Shown piece after piece: positions 11,005 to 21,711 of a stretch of 64,000 nt of DNA. The stretch is from Spirochaetia bacterium. Its GTDB lineage: Bacteria > Spirochaetota > Spirochaetia > SZUA-6 > Bin103. A program made the position numbers and the translations under genes. The notes below the pieces were generated by a model. The model saw only the letters and a list, made by a program, of their open reading frames with translations. It had not been told where the DNA came from and did no database searches. Each line of letters opens with the position of its first letter. Position 1 is the stretch's first letter. The DNA lies in NCBI GenBank assembly GCA_965203905.1, contig CBDBDQ010000005.1, positions 3,104,001 through 3,168,000 on the forward strand. The letters run 5' to 3'.

Positions 11005-11254
11005 ATGCCGTCCACGACTGTCCACTTTCCGCCGCAACTGCTTGAACGGCGCCCGCCGCCAGGGAGTGAGCCGCAACAGATTCGTGATGCGCGCCTGCCA
11101 GGACGCCGTGGCCAAGGATGCCGGAGAGTGGCCGGCGCGCTTCTTTTGCCCCGATCTGGATCCGACGGAGCTGGCCGTGCTGCGCGACGCCGGCGCGGAG
11201 CTGGAGCTTAGCATCCGAAGCGCCCGCCGCAGTCGTGGAGCACCGCTGTTGTGA
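11005..11254 (+). pseudogene. Ribbon-helix-helix (CopG-like) antitoxin, frameshifted
   Basis: MPSTTVHFPPQLLE continues in another frame as ARRQGVSRNRFVMRAC; GTGA overlap with the PIN gene. Confidence 0.65.
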
Positions 11255-11739
11255 TCAGCGTACTGGACACGACCGCGTTCTCCGCCGCCATGCGACATGA
11301 ACCGGAAATCGTCTCCTTCCTTGGCGGCCTTCCACCGGGAGAGTTCGCGGTCGTTTCCCCGGTCGTTGCGGAGATTGAATTCGGACTGCGCCGGCTGGAT
11401 GGTACCTCGCACCGCTATCGACTGCTCGCTGCGCAGAAGGAGCGGCTGCTGTCCGCGATCCCCCTGCTGGCATGGATTCCGGCAGCCTCGGCGCAGTTCG
11501 GGGCCATCAACGCGCGCCTGGAGGCGGCCGGCATGATGATCGAAGACTTCGACATCGCCGTGGCGGCGATTGCCCGCGCCCACGGCGCGGAAGTGATTAC
11601 GGCAACGCTAGCACCATGTTCGGTGTCCAGCAGCAGCCGACCCGTTTCGAGGTTCCAGCAACTCGATCGCAGAAGTCAGGTACGACAGCAGTGTGGGGAA
11701 GACGTCTTCTCCCTGCACCAGGCCCTGCGGCAACTCTGA
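11251..11739 (+). CDS. vapC: VapC/PIN-domain toxin, C-terminus probably disrupted
   Basis: VLDTT, VAEIEFG and DFDIAVAAIA..AEVIT motifs; the expected terminal T-x-N/D..F motif is replaced by unrelated sequence after ~11605. Confidence 0.8.
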   Translation: MISVLDTTAFSAAMRHEPEIVSFLGGLPPGEFAVVSPVVAEIEFGLRRLDGTSHRYRLLAAQKERLLSAIPLLAWIPAASAQFGAINARLEAAGMMIEDFDIAVAAIARAHGAEVITATLAPCSVSSSSRPVSRFQQLDRRSQVRQQCGEDVFSLHQALRQL

Positions 11740-11860
11740 TGCAGGCGGTCAGAAATGTCTAGACGCCGAAAATGTACAAAGATGTTCCCTATTACGTACG
11801 CTATCCTGTCCGACTACGCTCCGGCGGAGCCATATTTTGAACTGCTGACGCACTCCACCG

Positions 11861-11890
11861 TTGACAGGTCTGGCGGCCTATCCATATCGT
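11861..11890 (+). promoter_or_regulatory. Putative sigma70 promoter
   Basis: TTGACA, 18 nt spacer, TATCGT upstream of the sugar ABC operon. Confidence 0.4.
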
Positions 11891-11953
11891 CTGTGACCGG
11901 TGTACGTACGCTCTCGAAAGCGCTGTTCGCTTCGCCATGAGAACGGGTTCGGT

Positions 11954-12907
11954 ATGACAACAAAAGGCGTAGCCCACGGAATGGTCGACCGGAAGGTCCT
12001 GAGAAGAGAACGGTGGCATAGAGCCAAGCGCATGAAACTCCTCTATCTGTTCTTCTTGTTTCCGGCTGTCAGCTACATCGTATTTCGCTATATGCCGATG
12101 TACGGCGTTATCATCGCCTTCAAGGACTTCCGCATCAAAGACGGCATCTTGGGAAGCCCATGGAACGATTTTCGTCACTTTGAGATGTTGTTCACGAACC
12201 TCTACTTCTGGCGAATTCTTCGCAATACGATCGTCATAAGTATCTACCGCATCCTCTTCAGCTTCCCCGCGCCGATCGTACTGGCCCTGCTGATCAACGA
12301 AGTCCACAATATGACGTTCAAGCGGTTATCCCAGTCGATTTCGTATCTCCCCCATTTCCTCTCGTGGGTCGTTCTTTCCGGTATCTTGATCGAGGTCATC
12401 TCGCCGCAGCGCGGCATCGTCGGCTACCTCTATACGCTGGTCGGCCGTGAGCCCGAGAACCTGCTGACCAACCCGGCGGTATTCAGGCCGATACTGATCA
12501 TCACCGACACCTGGAAGGAGGTCGGATGGGGCACCGTCGTATATCTCGCCGCGATCTCATCGATTGACCCGGGATTGTACGAATCCGCATCGATCGACGG
12601 CGCAAATCGTCTGCAAAAGGCCGTCTTCATTACGATTCCCTCCCTGCTCCCGGTCATCACCATCCTCTTTATCCTGCGCATAGGAAATATTCTCGAGGCG
12701 GGGTTCGATCAGATCTTCAATCTGTACAATCCCGCGGTGTATCAGGTTGCCGATATCATCGATACGTTCGTATATCGGGTGGGGCTGATTCAGAGACGGT
12801 TCGATTACTCTGCAGCCGCCGGGCTGTTTCAGAATGTCCTGGGCCTTATCCTCCTGATAACAGCAAACGTCGTCACCAAGCGGATCAGCGAATATGGAAT
12901 CTGGTAG
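11954..12907 (+). CDS. Carbohydrate ABC permease (LplB/YteP-like)
   Basis: YMPMYGVIIAFKDF, YLPHFLSWVV and LYESASIDGA motifs; start codon uncertain. Confidence 0.9.
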   Translation: MTTKGVAHGMVDRKVLRRERWHRAKRMKLLYLFFLFPAVSYIVFRYMPMYGVIIAFKDFRIKDGILGSPWNDFRHFEMLFTNLYFWRILRNTIVISIYRILFSFPAPIVLALLINEVHNMTFKRLSQSISYLPHFLSWVVLSGILIEVISPQRGIVGYLYTLVGREPENLLTNPAVFRPILIITDTWKEVGWGTVVYLAAISSIDPGLYESASIDGANRLQKAVFITIPSLLPVITILFILRIGNILEAGFDQIFNLYNPAVYQVADIIDTFVYRVGLIQRRFDYSAAAGLFQNVLGLILLITANVVTKRISEYGIW

Positions 12908-13826
12908 GTCTGCGCCGCGAGGACGGACTCTCGGCAGGCTCATGACTGCCAGGTCGACCGGCGATATCATGTTCGACGTCAGCAACTATATCTTCTTGAC
13001 TGCATTTTGTCTGAGCGTTCTGTATCCGATGTGGACCACGGTCCTCCTGTCGTTTTCCGGGGTTGAGGACGCTTCTACTCTGGGATTTCACCTATGGATC
13101 GAGGAGTGGAGGCTGACCGCGTACCAATTCGCGCTCTCACGCTACGGCAACGTCCCGGTGGCGTACTTCAACTCGGTTTTTCGAACGGTAGTGGGAACGT
13201 TTTTGACCGTGATCTGGACGTTGCTGGCGGCCTATCCGCTGTCCAAACGCAACCTCCCTGGACGCAACATTCTCACGTTATTCATCCTCTTCACGATGTT
13301 CTTCAGCGGTGGGCTGATTCCGCTGTACCTTCTAATTCGCAGCCTTGGCTTGTTCGATACGCGGCTCGTCCTTATCCTTCCGGGCATGGCGGTGGGATTT
13401 TATACCATCATCATGCGGAACTTTCTCATGACGATCGATGACGCGTATGAGGAGTCGGCTTTCATGGATGGGGCGAACTACGCTCACATCCTGGTACACA
13501 TCATTGTGCCGCTCTGCAAGCCGGTGCTTGCGGTGGTGGCGTTGTGGACGGCCGTGTGGCACTGGAACTCCTGGTTTGATGCGTTGATCTACCTCAAGAG
13601 CGAATCCAAGATCGTTCTCCAGCTCCTGTTGCGAAGACTGATTCAGGAGACTACGCTGCTGCGTGACGCGTTGGGCAATTTTATCGAACGGGACCGCATA
13701 GAGCTGCCGACCGAAGCGGTGAAGGCCGCGGTGACCGTATTGACCATCGGGCCGATCATCTTTCTCTATCCGTTTCTCCAACGGTATTTTATCAAGGGGA
13801 TCTTCTTGGGGTCCCTCAAAGGCTGA
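12894..13826 (+). CDS. Carbohydrate ABC permease (LplC-like)
   Basis: TMFFSGGLIP, EESAFMDGA and YPFLQRYF..GSLKG motifs. Confidence 0.9.
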   Translation: MESGRSAPRGRTLGRLMTARSTGDIMFDVSNYIFLTAFCLSVLYPMWTTVLLSFSGVEDASTLGFHLWIEEWRLTAYQFALSRYGNVPVAYFNSVFRTVVGTFLTVIWTLLAAYPLSKRNLPGRNILTLFILFTMFFSGGLIPLYLLIRSLGLFDTRLVLILPGMAVGFYTIIMRNFLMTIDDAYEESAFMDGANYAHILVHIIVPLCKPVLAVVALWTAVWHWNSWFDALIYLKSESKIVLQLLLRRLIQETTLLRDALGNFIERDRIELPTEAVKAAVTVLTIGPIIFLYPFLQRYFIKGIFLGSLKG

Positions 13827-13904
13827 GGTGCCGACCAAGAGCGCATACGATAAAGGAGGTGATCGTACCGATGGGCACGTAAATGGGTTTCCCGCACGAA
13901 TCTC

Positions 13905-14017
13905 AATAATCGCACGGGAATAATCGCACGGGTTGTAAACTTGTCAGAAAAGAGAGCACAACAGCTCTGCTGGCGGTAATACCATGAACGACTCTGGAGG
14001 TAATACCATGAACGACT
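13905..14017 (+). repeat. Two short tandem duplications upstream of the binding-protein gene
   Basis: AATAATCGCACGGG x2 (13905-13932); 24-bp CTGG[C/A]GGTAATACCATGAACGACT x2 (13970-14017). Confidence 0.9.
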
Positions 14018-15699
14018 ACGGCAACAAGTATGTTGTAGGGGCAATGGCGGTCCTGATGATCTTGCTTGCTCCCTCCATCATTATCGCAGGTGCGGCGGAG
14101 GAGACCGGCGCCGCGGAGGTCATGGAGATCACGTGGATGATGAGGCCCCAGTTCGGCAGTGAGACCACTTGGTTCATTGGTGAGCTGGAAGAGAAGTTGG
14201 GTGTGAAAATCATACCGAACGGCGTCGGCCCGAACGATCGTGAGAAGGTTTCCATCATGTTGAGCGCGGGAGAGTTTCCTGACGCCGGCTATGTCCATTC
14301 GTTGCCGATAGAAATGTACCGGGAAGGTGTTATCAGAGGGATTCCCAAGGGTATGATCAGGCAGCACATGCCGAGTTACTCGAGAATGCTGGACACCGAA
14401 TATCCTATTGGATGGTCTTTGGATACTAACCCGGACAACGAGAACGAGGTGCTGACCATTCAGGGTGTCCAGGCGTTTACCGATACCGGATTGTTCTATC
14501 TGAACTTCCGCAATGACTGGGCGGCGAACGTCGGGATGAATCTGCCGGACTACGACCGAATCAAGAGAAGCCTCGACCGATTTGACAGAGTCTACTATTA
14601 CGAAAAAGACTTTACGCTGGATTGGTTTGAGGATCTTCTGGTTGCCTTCAAGAACGGTGATCCCGATGGAAACGGCAAGATCGATACGATCCCGTTTGGA
14701 GCGTTTAATAGCAAGGGTTGGTCCTGGGCGCCGATCGCCGGCGCGTTTGGGGTTTCCTTCCGGTACCATCACAACTTGATGGAAGAGGGTGAGCTCACCT
14801 ACTGGTCCATCTCCCAGGGATACAAGGATTTCCTCAAACTGCTCGCCCGTTGGTATGAAATGGGGTTGATCGACAAGGAGTTTGCCAGCCTCGATCGGAC
14901 CAAAGCCTATGCGAAAACGGTTAATGGACTGGTCGGCGCCGTTGCGGCCAACATAAACTATCCCGGTATGTTCTACGCGATGAATCGACCGCCGAATTCG
15001 ATGGTCCCGGATGACGAGCTGGGTACGGGAGCAGAATCGGTTATCATACCGCCGGTTGTCGGTCCCGGCGGCCACTTTGGAACCGGCGCCTACGAAGCGT
15101 ATGCCGGTATCGGCACCAGAAACGGCTTCAAGGTCAACAGCGAAGTGAACGATGAAAAGCTGGCGGTGATCCTCCAAATCCTGGATTACATGATCTATGG
15201 GGAAGATGAGAACTGGATCATGAGTCAGTTTGGGCAGCCGGGCGTTCATTTCGACTGGGAAGGAGAGCCGTGGAACTCAACGCCGCTTCCCAAGAAAGAG
15301 TCTGAGATTACCGCGGATCCCAAGGACGGCTATTTCGGCACCTACTATCCTGACGGCTCGACGACCAACCGTATTCGGTTTACGCATCCAAAGCACATGG
15401 CCGAATTCTATCAACAGTATCTCCTTGCTCCGCCGGGCCAACGGTACGCGATCCGCACCCATCGATACGATATTCTAAGCGAGACGAACCTGTCGCAGGT
15501 GCTGCTGGACCATGGCGAGACGCTCAATACGTTGACGGACGAGTTTTTCCTGCAGGGCATCCTGGGCCAGATCGACATCGATGCGGAGTGGGATGCCTAC
15601 GTCAGGAAGTGGCGAAATAACGGCGGCAGCCAGCTACTCGCCGAGCTCGCGAAAGCGCCCCTGGTCTCCGAAGCGAGAAATGGTCGAATTGGCTACTGA
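14008..15699 (+). CDS. Carbohydrate ABC substrate-binding protein (LplA-like)
   Basis: Signal peptide; FKNGDPDGNGKIDTIP and EWDAYVRKW..GG motifs; the ATG at 14008 has GGAGG. Confidence 0.88.
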   Translation: MNDYGNKYVVGAMAVLMILLAPSIIIAGAAEETGAAEVMEITWMMRPQFGSETTWFIGELEEKLGVKIIPNGVGPNDREKVSIMLSAGEFPDAGYVHSLPIEMYREGVIRGIPKGMIRQHMPSYSRMLDTEYPIGWSLDTNPDNENEVLTIQGVQAFTDTGLFYLNFRNDWAANVGMNLPDYDRIKRSLDRFDRVYYYEKDFTLDWFEDLLVAFKNGDPDGNGKIDTIPFGAFNSKGWSWAPIAGAFGVSFRYHHNLMEEGELTYWSISQGYKDFLKLLARWYEMGLIDKEFASLDRTKAYAKTVNGLVGAVAANINYPGMFYAMNRPPNSMVPDDELGTGAESVIIPPVVGPGGHFGTGAYEAYAGIGTRNGFKVNSEVNDEKLAVILQILDYMIYGEDENWIMSQFGQPGVHFDWEGEPWNSTPLPKKESEITADPKDGYFGTYYPDGSTTNRIRFTHPKHMAEFYQQYLLAPPGQRYAIRTHRYDILSETNLSQVLLDHGETLNTLTDEFFLQGILGQIDIDAEWDAYVRKWRNNGGSQLLAELAKAPLVSEARNGRIGY

Positions 15700-15721
15700 G
15701 TGCCGCTGAATGACGGTATTG

Positions 15722-15751
15722 GGGAGTGGTCTCGATATCACTCCCTTTTTT
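15722..15751 (+). terminator. Rho-independent terminator
   Basis: GGGAGTG..CACTCCC stem followed by TTTTTT just after the binding-protein stop. Confidence 0.8.
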
Positions 15752-15770
15752 GCCAAGACCATGACCAAAG

Positions 15771-16154
15771 GCCTATCCCTCAGCCGGGCACCCCTCAGCC
15801 GGGCACCCCAAGATTACCATCTATGACCCGGATCGGCCACGGACACTTGTTCGGGTTTCTTGGTGCCGCTGACTGTTGGCGAAAAGACGTCGTTCCTTCC
15901 CTGCGCGGCCGCTTGAATCCGTGCCGGAACAACCGGTGCCGCTCAGCAACGGCTCGGTTTGCTCTGCCGGCGTCTTTTCGCGCTGCAAACACACGGCCTG
16001 GCCTGCCCGGCCGGACTGGGCGTCCCCCTCGGCCCCGGCCCGCCCATCGGCAATGGCCCCGGCTTCGATTGCAGATTCGGCATCGGGACAGCGGCTGGCC
16101 CAAGATGATGGTTTTGGGGTGCCCGGCTGAGGGGTGCCCGGCTGAGGGATAGGC
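15771..16154. mobile_element. MITE-like non-coding element, 384 bp
   Basis: Perfect 41-bp terminal inverted repeats (15771-15811 and 16114-16154), each with an internal 16-bp tandem unit; inner inverted repeat 15879-15889/15971-15981; no credible ORF. Confidence 0.7.
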
Positions 16155-16185
16155 TCCACGTCTACCCCTCCAAGAGGTGTGAACC

Positions 16186-17919
16186 ATGAACGATAAAGAA
16201 CTCCAGACCGTCGACGGCTTCGAGTCGGTTATCTCTTTCGCCGGAAGTGTCCGTATTTTAGATTACCGGGGCCGGACCAACGGCTGGATCACCGCTCTGT
16301 GGTGGAAGAGCGGACGTCAAGACAGGCTTGCCTGGCAAACGGCGCCTTGCCCCCAACAGCAGGACACCGTCTTCTGTTTTGTTGGGGTGAGCGCCAACCT
16401 CCCGTATGGGTACGTCTACGGCAATCGAGCCGAGCTGTTGGTAAACGGCGAGCATGCTCTGGACTTCCATCTCGGCATCAGACGCAACGCGGTTTGGAAT
16501 GAAGGAGACTTCGAGCTCGAGTTTATCCCGAAGAGCATCACTACGCCATTCGAGGGGTATCACCGTCACTGGGAGATGCGCGGCAACAGCGGGATATACC
16601 GGCTGTCGGTGCCGGCACGGCTCCTGGCGCCCGGCAAGGGGATCGAGATCGAGGTGACGCTTCGCTCGCAGGAGGTCGATTGCATCACCTGGTTCGGTAT
16701 CACCGACCGAAAGGGCGTGGGACCGCAGAGCGCCGAAACCCTGGCGGAGGAGCTGGCGACCCTCGAGGCGGATTACCTGAAGTTGAAGAACGTTACCAAC
16801 GCCCTGGCCAGAATGGTGTATCGGGATCACTTTCCTGACTCAAGCGGCGCCGAGCATTCGGTGATTTTGACGCATGAGAGACACTGCATCATGAAGGCGG
16901 ACGTGCTGAAGCTGAAGAACGGCGAGCTACTTCTGGCGTTCCGCGAAGGGCCGGAGCATACGGTCGGATTTGGCTCCACCGTCAACGGCAGGGTGTGTAC
17001 GATTCGCTCCTCTGATGGCGGCAAGGCCTGGGGAGAGCAACAGGTGATCTCAGAGCAGCACTACGAGGACCATCGGGACCCCTCGGTAATTCAGCTGAGA
17101 GACGGTACCCTGCTCATGCAGTACATCCACTCCGACCGGTACGATACAACGACCGGCGTGGTCCTCCCGGCGGACGAGACGAACTATCACATCCACGTTT
17201 TGCGTTCGTTCGATGGCGGACATAATTGGGAGAAGAAGCCGATCGAAATCGATCACGCACCGTTTGCCACCGCCATAGCGGAATGCAAGTGCCTGGAGCT
17301 GCCCAGCGGCAGAATTCTCATGCCGCTCGACAACGTGGCGCCGCAGGGAGCACCGAAAGCCGCCGCCGTCTTTGCTTCCGATGACAAGGGCGCCAGTTGG
17401 CGGTACCTATCGACTATCTGTGAAGTAGATGCAGAGACCGGCTATCCTCCGTGGCCGTGCGAGCCGTCGCTGGCACGCACGGGTTCAGGGCGCATTGTTG
17501 CCATGATCAGAACCCAACCGCCCCGCGGCGGCAATCTGTGGCAATCGATATCCGAGGACGAGGGGCTCACGTGGAGTGCGCCGCGAGAGATCCCACTCTT
17601 TGATGGGGGAAGAGGAGATCTGCTTCTCCTGAGTGACGGTAGGCTCCTCTGTTCTATCGGCTATCGGGGAGACTTCGGGTACGGCCACAAGCCGGGCCAA
17701 CGCAAGAGCTCGGCACTCGAGACCAACGGGATTCGCGTATCGATGAGCGATGACGAGGGTGAGAGCTGGGGGCCGGCGCGTGTTCTGAGAGACGATTTTC
17801 CCAACGACGATATGGGATATCCCTCTTCCGTAGAGCTCGATGACGGAAGAGTTCTCACGGTCTACTGGTACAACCTGTTTGGACGATATTTCATCGGAGG
17901 AACCATCTGGAACCTTTGA
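16186..17919 (+). CDS. Sialidase-like BNR/Asp-box beta-propeller protein with extra N-terminal domain
   Basis: Five Asp boxes (SSDGGKAW, SFDGGHNW, SDDKGASW, SEDEGLTW, SDDEGESW) and a GYPS motif. Confidence 0.8.
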   Translation: MNDKELQTVDGFESVISFAGSVRILDYRGRTNGWITALWWKSGRQDRLAWQTAPCPQQQDTVFCFVGVSANLPYGYVYGNRAELLVNGEHALDFHLGIRRNAVWNEGDFELEFIPKSITTPFEGYHRHWEMRGNSGIYRLSVPARLLAPGKGIEIEVTLRSQEVDCITWFGITDRKGVGPQSAETLAEELATLEADYLKLKNVTNALARMVYRDHFPDSSGAEHSVILTHERHCIMKADVLKLKNGELLLAFREGPEHTVGFGSTVNGRVCTIRSSDGGKAWGEQQVISEQHYEDHRDPSVIQLRDGTLLMQYIHSDRYDTTTGVVLPADETNYHIHVLRSFDGGHNWEKKPIEIDHAPFATAIAECKCLELPSGRILMPLDNVAPQGAPKAAAVFASDDKGASWRYLSTICEVDAETGYPPWPCEPSLARTGSGRIVAMIRTQPPRGGNLWQSISEDEGLTWSAPREIPLFDGGRGDLLLLSDGRLLCSIGYRGDFGYGHKPGQRKSSALETNGIRVSMSDDEGESWGPARVLRDDFPNDDMGYPSSVELDDGRVLTVYWYNLFGRYFIGGTIWNL

Positions 17920-17947
17920 TCGGTCGAGCAAACGAACCGGGTCATGC

Positions 17948-19155
17948 TCAACCGGCCGCTTGCCGCCGGGTCCGCTCGCTCGCCATGCCAGCAAGCAGGA
18001 TCGCGATCGCTTGCTTGAACGCGGGCTCGGCATTCTCGTCCATTCGTGAGCGGCCGTGCGGCTCGAGCTCATAACCGCCTTCTTGAAAGGCAGACGGCGG
18101 CGGGAGATAGCCGAGATCATCATTTGTCAGTCCAACGATAATCGGCTTGGCATCGGACAGGCTCGATGTGATGTCGAGTGCGGTCTCGGCAAAGATCTCT
18201 CCAGCCACGCCGATAACGGCAAGATCCCCGATCTGAATCGCCTGCACCTCACCGGTCGATCCTCGCCACCGGCGCGCAGTTGGCGAGCCTCGGGCCGCAA
18301 CCGGAACGGCACGTTTGCCGAGCGTATGTCCAGGTGCCCGCCATCGTCGACCTCAGCGCGCTCACCGGTGGCGGCAAGCTGCGCCGCCAGAAGCCGGCCG
18401 AACCGCTGGAACGGATATTCGTTGCGCGCCCGCGAAAGAATGAGATGCGGGACAAAATCGAAGTCTACGTCCCCTCCGGCGCCGAAGCCGATCAGAGCTG
18501 TGCAGCCGGGATACAGCCTTTCGAGGGTCAGCATGGCATGGCCGAAGAAGTCTCCTGAAATACCGACGGCCGCATACATTCCACCGGTATCGTGGTGACA
18601 TCCAAGGCTCGAAAACAGCGCGATCGGCTTTCCGGTGAGTTTTTCTAGGCGCAGCACCGTGAGCTCGCGATCCACGGTGCCGGCCCGGTACTTCCCGGAA
18701 GTATAGGGTTTCCACGATGACGGCACAAAGCGGCGCAACGTAAGAACTCTGCCGTCCGCAAGCCGCTGCCGCCGATTCTGTACGATACCCTCGAGCGGTG
18801 TACGAGCCGTACCAAAGCGCGCGTCTTGGGTCCGAATGTGAGCGATTGCGACGGATTCTGCGATTTTGACGACGACGTCTGAGCGAAACTGCTCAGCAGC
18901 CTCACCCGGGAGGATTGTGTCCGGTCCCGCATGATTGTGAGTGCACGCGATCATGACATGAGCCGCCGGAATGCCGGTTTGCTCTGCAACCAGCCGTCGC
19001 GCTGCCGTCACGTGCCGACGACCGAGCCCCCTCATGTCACACACCACGATCGCCACCGTGATCTGCTCAGACCCGAGTACCAGGGCACGCACATGGAGCG
19101 GCTCGAGAAGAGGGATGTCTCCGGCGATATTGCGGGTCGGCGTTATGGCGAGCTT
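17948..19155 (-). pseudogene. Neutral/alkaline ceramidase-like amidohydrolase, truncated and frameshifted
   Basis: RALVL, IACTHNHAGP, GISGDF, GAGGDV, then GEIF..GLTNDDLGYLP..GGYE in another frame; 5' end missing. Confidence 0.7.
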
Positions 19156-21455
19156 TGCCGCGCCTGCTTGCAGACGGCGCCGCCGTGCCGGGATATTTTG
19201 ATACCAGCGAGCGAAGGAGCGGGATCCTTCACGCCCCGGTCGATGCGGTCGTTCGGGCGCAAGCGCTGGCCATCGCGTCGGTCAACGATCAGTGGGGCGT
19301 CTTCTCACGCTCCCGCGTGCGGCTGCTGCCGCATCAGTTGTGGGTCTGGCGGATGGTGAACCGGGAGTGGCCGTTCCGGTGGTTGGTCGCGGACGACGTG
19401 GGGGCTGGGAAAGACCATCGAGTGTGGCCTGGTGCTGATGCCTCTGATCGCATTGGGACGCGTACGCCGGTTGCTGATCCTGGGGCCCGCAAAGCTGGTT
19501 CCGCAGTGGCGGTTTCGCCTGAAGGACATGTTCGACATCCGGCTGCAGCGCTACGCAGCCGAGGTGGATACGCGGCGCGGTGACTTCTGGGACACGGCGT
19601 CGCAGGTCGTGGCATCCGTTCATACCCTGCGCAGCGATGAGCGTGGCGCGCGCCGGCGGCTCCTCGACGCCGAGCCGTGGGATCTGGTAGTCGTCGACGA
19701 GGCGCACCATCTGGGCCTCGACCAAAGGACCGGCCAGACGCTCGCCTACAGCTTGGTCGCCGACCTCCAGGAGCGAGGGAAGATCAACTCTCTGCTGTTC
19801 TTCACGGGCACGCCGCACCGCGGAAAGGACTTCGGGTTCTTCGGCCTGATGCATCTGGTGCGCCCCGACTTCTTCGACCCGGAAAACGGCGGCGCCGGAC
19901 AACTGGCGCGGCTGCCGCTGGCGATGATCAGAAACAACAAGGCAGCGGTCACTGACCTCCAGGGCAACCAGCTGTTCCAGCCGGTGACCGTTCACAATCG
20001 GGAATACGCGTACAGCGCGGAGGAATCCCGTTTCTACCGGACGCTCAGCGTGTTCATACTCGACGGACGGGCGTACGCGGCGACCCTCGACGGTCGTGCA
20101 CAGACGGCGCGCATGCTGGTGCTCATCACCTTGCAGAAGCTGGCAGCGAGCTCGATCGCCGCCATTCGTCAGGCGCTACGGAGACGGAGGGCGATGATGG
20201 CCGCGGTCGTGGGACGAGCGGACCGTGTGGCGTCAGTCGATATTCCAGACGAAGAACGGGCGACGCTCGACGAGGTTGCGGAAGCCGAGGAGGCGTTGCC
20301 CGGTTCCGCGGCCATCGTGCTGATGAAGGACGAAATACGGCGCCTCGACGAACTTATCGCCTTGAGCGACGAGGTCACGGTCGAGACTAAGATCGAACGC
20401 TTGGTGGCGCTGATCCGCGAAGAGTTGCCAACGAATGAGCCGGTCCTGCTGTTCACGGAGTACAAGACTACTCAGGCGCTTGTGGTGAACGCGCTTCACC
20501 GCCACTACGGCTTCGGAGCGGCGACATTCATCAATGGCGATGACCGGCTCGACGGCGTGGCAGCGGCGACCGGCGAGGTCAGAACCGTCCGTCAACCTCG
20601 CGAGCAGGCTGCCGACGCATTCAATGCCGGCCTCGTTCGATTTCTGGTGTCTAGGGAGGCCGGCGGCGAAGGTATCGACCTGCAGGAGCGTTGCGCCGTT
20701 CTGGTGCACGTGGACATGCCCTGGCACGGATCTGGGATCTGCTGAACGAGAAACTCGAACGGGTGCAGCAAGCATTTTCGGCTGTCATGGAACAACGGGA
20801 GGACATCTCACAGTTGGTGATCGGAATGGCCGGCTCTGCGCTCTTCAACGAGCTTTTCTCCGGCGCCCAGGGAATGGCAGGAGACCGCCTGACCGCCTGG
20901 TTCGACAGTGCCACGGCCACGCTGGGCGGACGCGACGTCGTGGACACCGTACGGGAACTGCTCGGCAGCGTATCGCGTTTCGACTTTCAACAGGTCGGAC
21001 GCGATCTTCCGCAGGTGGACGTTCCCGACCTCGAACGATTCTTCACGCTGGCGGTCGGCAGACACCGCCGGCGCATCTTCAAACATGATGATGGCCTGGA
21101 GATCAAGGCGCCGGAAGCGTGGAAGTCGAGCAGCTACGCCGTGCGCGACAAGTACGAAGGGCTCGTGTTCGACCGCGGCCTCCGCGGTACGAATGCCGCA
21201 TCGCGCGTGCTGGGTGTCGGCCACACGCTGTGCGACATCGCCCTCGACGAAGCCCGCAACCTGTCGGTGACGGTGGCGTCTCTCGAAGGGACCTCTGCCC
21301 CAGTTCTGGTTCTCTCCGTCGAAGACGAAGTGACCTGCACGGGCGCACTCGTGCAGCGACTGATCTTCGGTGTGACGGATGGAGCGGACGGACCGGTTCC
21401 GATGCGCGACTGGCCGACTGGCTCGTGGGTAGACAATGTGAATGCAAACGAATAA
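19155..21455 (+). pseudogene. SNF2-family helicase remnant
   Basis: LLPHQL, LVADDVG(L)GKT with frameshift near 19405, DEAHH, TGTP and EAGGEGIDLQ; motif VI lost at a second break near 20725. Confidence 0.85.
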
Positions 21456-21468
21456 TATAGAATGCAGC

Positions 21469-21711
21469 ATGTTCAAGACGGTAACGATTCGCCTTGATGA
21501 AGACACCTATCAACTGATCCGGCAGGCCGCCCGAGGCCAGATGCGAAGCATCTCCAACTTCATCGAGTACGCCACTCTCTCGTATCTCACGGAAGAAGCA
21601 TCTGTATCTGATGAGGAGATGGACGAGATCCTCGCGGACCCCGAACTGATCTCATCCCTGAAGCGCGCGCGCTCCGAGGTGAGCGGCCACAACTATCGGG
21701 TTGTCGAGTAA
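21469..21711 (+). CDS. Ribbon-helix-helix antitoxin (CopG/RelB-like)
   Basis: KTVTIRLDEDTY..RSISNFIE with acidic C-terminus; overlaps the relE-like gene. Confidence 0.75.
   Translation: MFKTVTIRLDEDTYQLIRQAARGQMRSISNFIEYATLSYLTEEASVSDEEMDEILADPELISSLKRARSEVSGHNYRVVE

Noticed and set aside
15771-16154. Possible CRISPR array or integron attC site
   Set aside because: Only two inverted arms, no spacer series, no cas or integrase gene, and no RYYYAAC/GTTRRRY ends
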